Below are positions 59,701 to 64,000 of a DNA stretch of 64,000 bases, piece by piece; positions within the stretch are counted from its first letter, which is position 1, and every line of letters begins with the position of its first letter. This DNA is from Phoronis australis (taxonomy: Eukaryota > Animalia > Phoronida), in NCBI GenBank assembly GCA_002633005.1, contig NMRA01000005.1, positions 2,017,739-2,081,738 on the forward strand, given 5' to 3'. Made by a program: the position numbers and the translations under genes. The notes below the pieces were generated by a model. It did not search any database and was not told where the DNA came from. It worked only from the letters and a program-made list of their open reading frames with translations.

Positions 59701-62700
59701 TACGAAGTATAACATAATTTCCAGACGAATTAAAATGCATGTTGAAATCTTGCATACATGAACATGCTTAATCGTCCAAAAGCCGCAATTCGTGAAGGGA
59801 ACATTGTTCGGGTGGAATCTGGCGGTTTTCCAAACAAATGCTATTGATCGACCCATGGAAACCAAATATGTTAAAGCACCTGATTGAGCGGGTTAATTTA
59901 TAATAGGAAAAAAACGTGAACAATGCCACTGTGTTGGACAATTTAAATACACGTTGATCATTGTTCAGCCGTTGTCACTCGTGAATGTGTAGTGTATTAT
60001 TTTGTATAGGGATTATGGTGTGCCTGGGTTTGTACCGCCCAAATTGGTCTTATAAAATCAATACAGTTTTGATTGACAATTGTATTTGCGCATTTTCATG
60101 TGTGCTTACCGATATCTTTCCTAAAGACGACGACGTGAAATTCCATTAATCCCGTTAAAGTCTGCATGTCTAAGCGTATGGTGAACGTGAATTCGGATTT
60201 TCCACCAGATAAAAAATTTTGCTATTTACCCAATTTACCTAATTCGCAATTCTGTCAAAAGGTAAATAGTTGTCGTACAGAAAAAGTGATGTTTATTTTT
60301 AGTTTCATAATCAAATGAATGACAACATACCTGGCTGAGAAAGTTCGGTGTTTTTGTCCCAATAAAGTATCAACTGGCACAATACTATACCAAACGAATA
60401 GAAGGGCAGGTTTCGCCTGGCGCGATCAACTAACAGTGTACATGCGTGTGCGCAATTCAAAACATTTTTTCTACACTTTCACTGATATTCTGCAACAAAA
60501 TGAGCGCACATCGACAGTGAAATGAAATGTTCTACCCGCCTGCAGTCCAACCGATGTGGCCAGAGGAATGGAGGTATGAAACGGTACCAAACACTGAATT
60601 GTAGTCGCACAGATCTTCGAACCTCGGCAACAGCGTGGGTCGTTGTCGTTTACGTGTACATAAACTACCCACACAAGGCATAGTATTATAAAGTCGTTTA
60701 TGTGCTACCGCTGTTCAATGTTTTTGCAGCCTCTTAGGAGTTGAATTAACGAGTGGGTGGGTGGGGGGGGGGGCTCGGGGCTGGGAAATAAGGGCGGGGG
60801 AACATCGGGAAGGGGGAATATGGGTACCGGGGAACAACAGGCCGACCCTTTTCTGACTACAAAAGTTGGGAGTTGGCTTCCACGCCACAGTCATTCGTCT
60901 GGGCATAAGGCTTTGAGTTATCTCCGCTCGCAATAAAATATTTTTTTTAAGTTCACTAGGCAAACGTTCAAAGTACATCTTATCGGGAGATAAGTGTCCT
61001 TGAAAATAACATGATTACGTGTGATTCATTGTGCCAATCACAATGGTTTCTGGTCCTGCGACTAAACGAAAACGTTCATAAGGTACAACTATAGAAAAGT
61101 AATCAGCTTTATGAAGACTATCGTCAAAATATAGGTACAAGGTACCACGGTCCATTGAGCTCCGACAGACCTCGAAGTTGTACACAGCCCAGGTAGTGTT
61201 ATGCTCGTCACCTCGCCGTGTATCAACATGTAGAGCCGAAGACCGGCGGGGGTGCAAGCACATGAAAATCTGGGAGTCACTCACCTGGCCCGTTACAACC
61301 GTTTAAATGAAAAAATCTAATAAATGTCGTTTTATTGCGTAATTCTCCGCCTTGTGTAACAATGAAAAATATGTCGTTTTGAAAACAGTACACTCGTGAC
61401 AGGCACACGTGCCATTTCCTAAATTTTTGCAACATCTCTCGGGAGAGCAGCAAAATTTCTTCTGAGATTCGGTTTGCTGGTAACAAAATTCTAACAAATT
61501 TTAATCGGTAGCGGATTTGGGGGGAGGCAATGGGGCCATGCTCCTGAAAATTCTCCCAGATTCCATTTGGAAGTTAGGGGGTGCGAATATCTGATAGGCA
61601 AAATCCTGGCTAATAGTCTGCCCTGCCCCCCCCCCAACTCAAAATCTTGGATTCGCCCCTGATAATGAAATGGAACCAGTTCTGATAGTTTGTTATGACG
61701 AGTACGCAACCCCGTGTAATAACAACAGTTGATTGAAGAATCGGCGAAAGAACAAACTGGCCAATAGGTGACGCAATATTTCATAGCGCTGAAAGTCGAC
61801 GCAAAAGATCGAATAACGGTAGAACGCCAATTTTTAAACACCGGTAAATAACTTGGTTTACTCTAGGAAGAGCGTAGTTTTTCGTGACACAGATTTTATT
61901 TGACCATTTTTTGCCACAGCGACGCAAAGCTGTATATTTGGTGTACAGCTTTGCACATGTGTGCATGTTATGGTCAATGTTATTCGCCGTATTTTGAAAT
62001 AAGTGGTTTTTAAGTACTAGTCCACGAGAGCACCAGCCATGAGCGGCAAGGTGGGGGTCAGCCGATTTTCACCAAATTTGGCACATAGGTAGTCCTATGG
62101 GATCTATAAACAGCGGTAAAATATTTCCTCAAAATATTGCGTTTTTCTAAAGTTATAGGCTCAAACACATTTTACGGCTTCGCAGCCATGTTTTCACGGT
62201 ATAAAAACTGTCCAGTTTTAACTGTTCATATTTTTTCTTGAATGAAAGCTATTGATTTATTTTTCACTTGGCATTGTTTAGTGGTGACTGTAGATTGTTA
62301 CACAGATGTCTTGAAACACGATTCCGATTTACCACCCTCATTTAGTAGTTTTACTACACTGCCCCCCGTTATGCCATTTTGAGGTTGTGTTCAGTACACT
62401 GCTAGTGTACCAAATCTGCCCCCACTGCTATGAGAATGAAACTTAGCCAAAATGTTGACAAAACCTGTTACTTTCATTTCATAAAATAAAAACTTTGTCA
62501 GCCAGTTTATTAGTTATATATTTTGGCACCTCAAATGTACTAAAATGAGAAATTTTCATACATCTGAGATCGATGCGTGAGCAACGTAAAATTCGATTGT
62601 CCTTCATGTTTTTCGATATTTTTTAACAAGTTAGTTCCTCCTGAAAGTTTTGAACGTTTTACTACTGATCACTTAGGGCTATAGTACCCCTAAATACCAT

Positions 62701-64000
62701 ACATGGCTCCATTTTGTAAAAAGCCGATTATGATGTCCTCCACAGTGAACAGGGTCAGACATGAACTCGACAAATGTAGGTTATTTTGATTTACAGTTGT
62801 TTTACTTTGCAATTTCCTCATGGGTATTTCTTCACACATATTCAAGTGAGATTTTCTGTTGATCAAATGTTCATGCAATGCATTGTAATATCAAATGAAG
62901 GATAAGTTTGGTTGCATGACCGCAATTTTTCCCACGACTTAAAACAAAAGACCGCAGAAATTTTCCTGACGAAATACCGGGTTTGCAGTTCTGTAAAAAT
63001 ATTCGAATGACAAGACAAACTCCACCACTGTCCATGGCAACTCGTCGCATGTTTTTCGCCCATCGGTCCTATCACTGTTTTCCTTTGTTGTGTCATTGTT
63101 GGATGTAACAACACAGGTCGCATGGACATAGAACCTTGCGTACATCAGACCGTTGGCGATAAGTGCTCGTCATTATATCTTTATCATAACAACGGAAACA
63201 ATGAAGATGCTAATCTATTGTTCTCTATGCGACCAGGTTTCCCGTGGATGACCACAGATTAGAGGAATCCCAAAGTATCCACAAACAATGACCACGCACC
63301 TTAGTAACTATTACCGCGCACACGAATTCTTTCCATGGAACCTAAACACCGAATTTTTATATCCGTGTATTGTGTTGTATTGCTCATGGTACGGGTTCAG
63401 ACGCTGTTGTATTAAGATTCCAATCCCCAACCCTGTAATATGTAGTTTGAGTAAAATTTCTAGACAATGCAGGTTTATGGATTTATTCTCATTCAAATGA
63501 AGAGTAAAAATCAAATTCTGCACAGGTTTTTTAAAAGTAATCACTTATTGGAAGATCACACATCTAAAAATAAAACAATGTTTGACAATTTTATTCATTA
63601 TCTTATTTGAAAATTACCTACCTCACAGACAACTCATCTAAGTTGAAAATATTCCTCGTGAAAAAATATAAAACACCAACCAGAGACTTGTGTACTACAA
63701 AATATGTTTTCGTAATACAATGCAAAGATAACTGTAAAGTCAAAAGTGCAAATGTTATGACTCTAATAAAAAATTGCCTTCTAGATCTTTTCAACACTCT
63801 AATTGCTACAGGACAGAGTCAACCACACAAAGCTCATAATGTCAGGGAATTACATTTAAGGTGATGTAGTCTCACTGCGAAAAAGTGATTTCGTAATATC
63901 GCTTACAACACCGAAATCTCTTCTTCACAAACTTGAGGTAGCTGTATTTACCACATCAATGTTCTTATCAAAACTAACCACCACAAAATGAAAAATTGGC

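Larger units (their letters stand above)
50846..59985 (+). repeat. Near-identical duplication (50846-53837 and 55588-59985) across a single N at 53838, probably two haplotypes
   Basis: The first copy stops exactly at the N (gtcactcgtgaaN), while the second continues colinear with unit B. The first copy lacks about 56021-57423. Confidence 0.85.
28560..61960 (+). repeat. Tandem segmental duplication: unit B (about 28.6-41.5 kb) and unit C (about 43.9-62.0 kb)
   Basis: Colinear homology: 29690-33560 with 44415-48240; 33790-34330 with 48760-49320; 35720-36670 with 49350-50250; 36680-41470 with 56945-61800. Each unit has its own insertions. Confidence 0.9.

Overview
This is AT-rich animal genomic DNA (probably a heterozygous invertebrate assembly), with spliceosomal splice signals, many transposon relics, a 104-N gap and two single-N joins. 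It is not a prokaryotic window. The core is a tandem segmental duplication carrying two minus-strand NB-ARC (STAND ATPase)-TPR receptor-like genes (30.7-33.5 kb and 45.4-48.2 kb, about 89% amino-acid identity by hand count). Reading the splice sites suggests both start at ATG-GAT-AAC-G on a short upstream exon, so they would be 'headless' NLR-like proteins with no N-terminal effector domain. Downstream on the same strand I reconstruct a three-exon gene, with two 22-23 nt coding micro-exons, for an unknown 89-aa helical protein that the ORF track only partly shows. It is a candidate partner or effector, but that link is inference. Traces of a third, older repeat unit occur at 1-330 and 20.6 kb. 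The rest is decayed RTE and other LINEs, a Gypsy RT/RNase H relic, a THAP relic, a hAT transposase relic, several TIR/TSD-bounded MITEs, and two near-identical duplications that are probably haplotype artefacts. No rRNA, intact tRNA or CRISPR array was seen.
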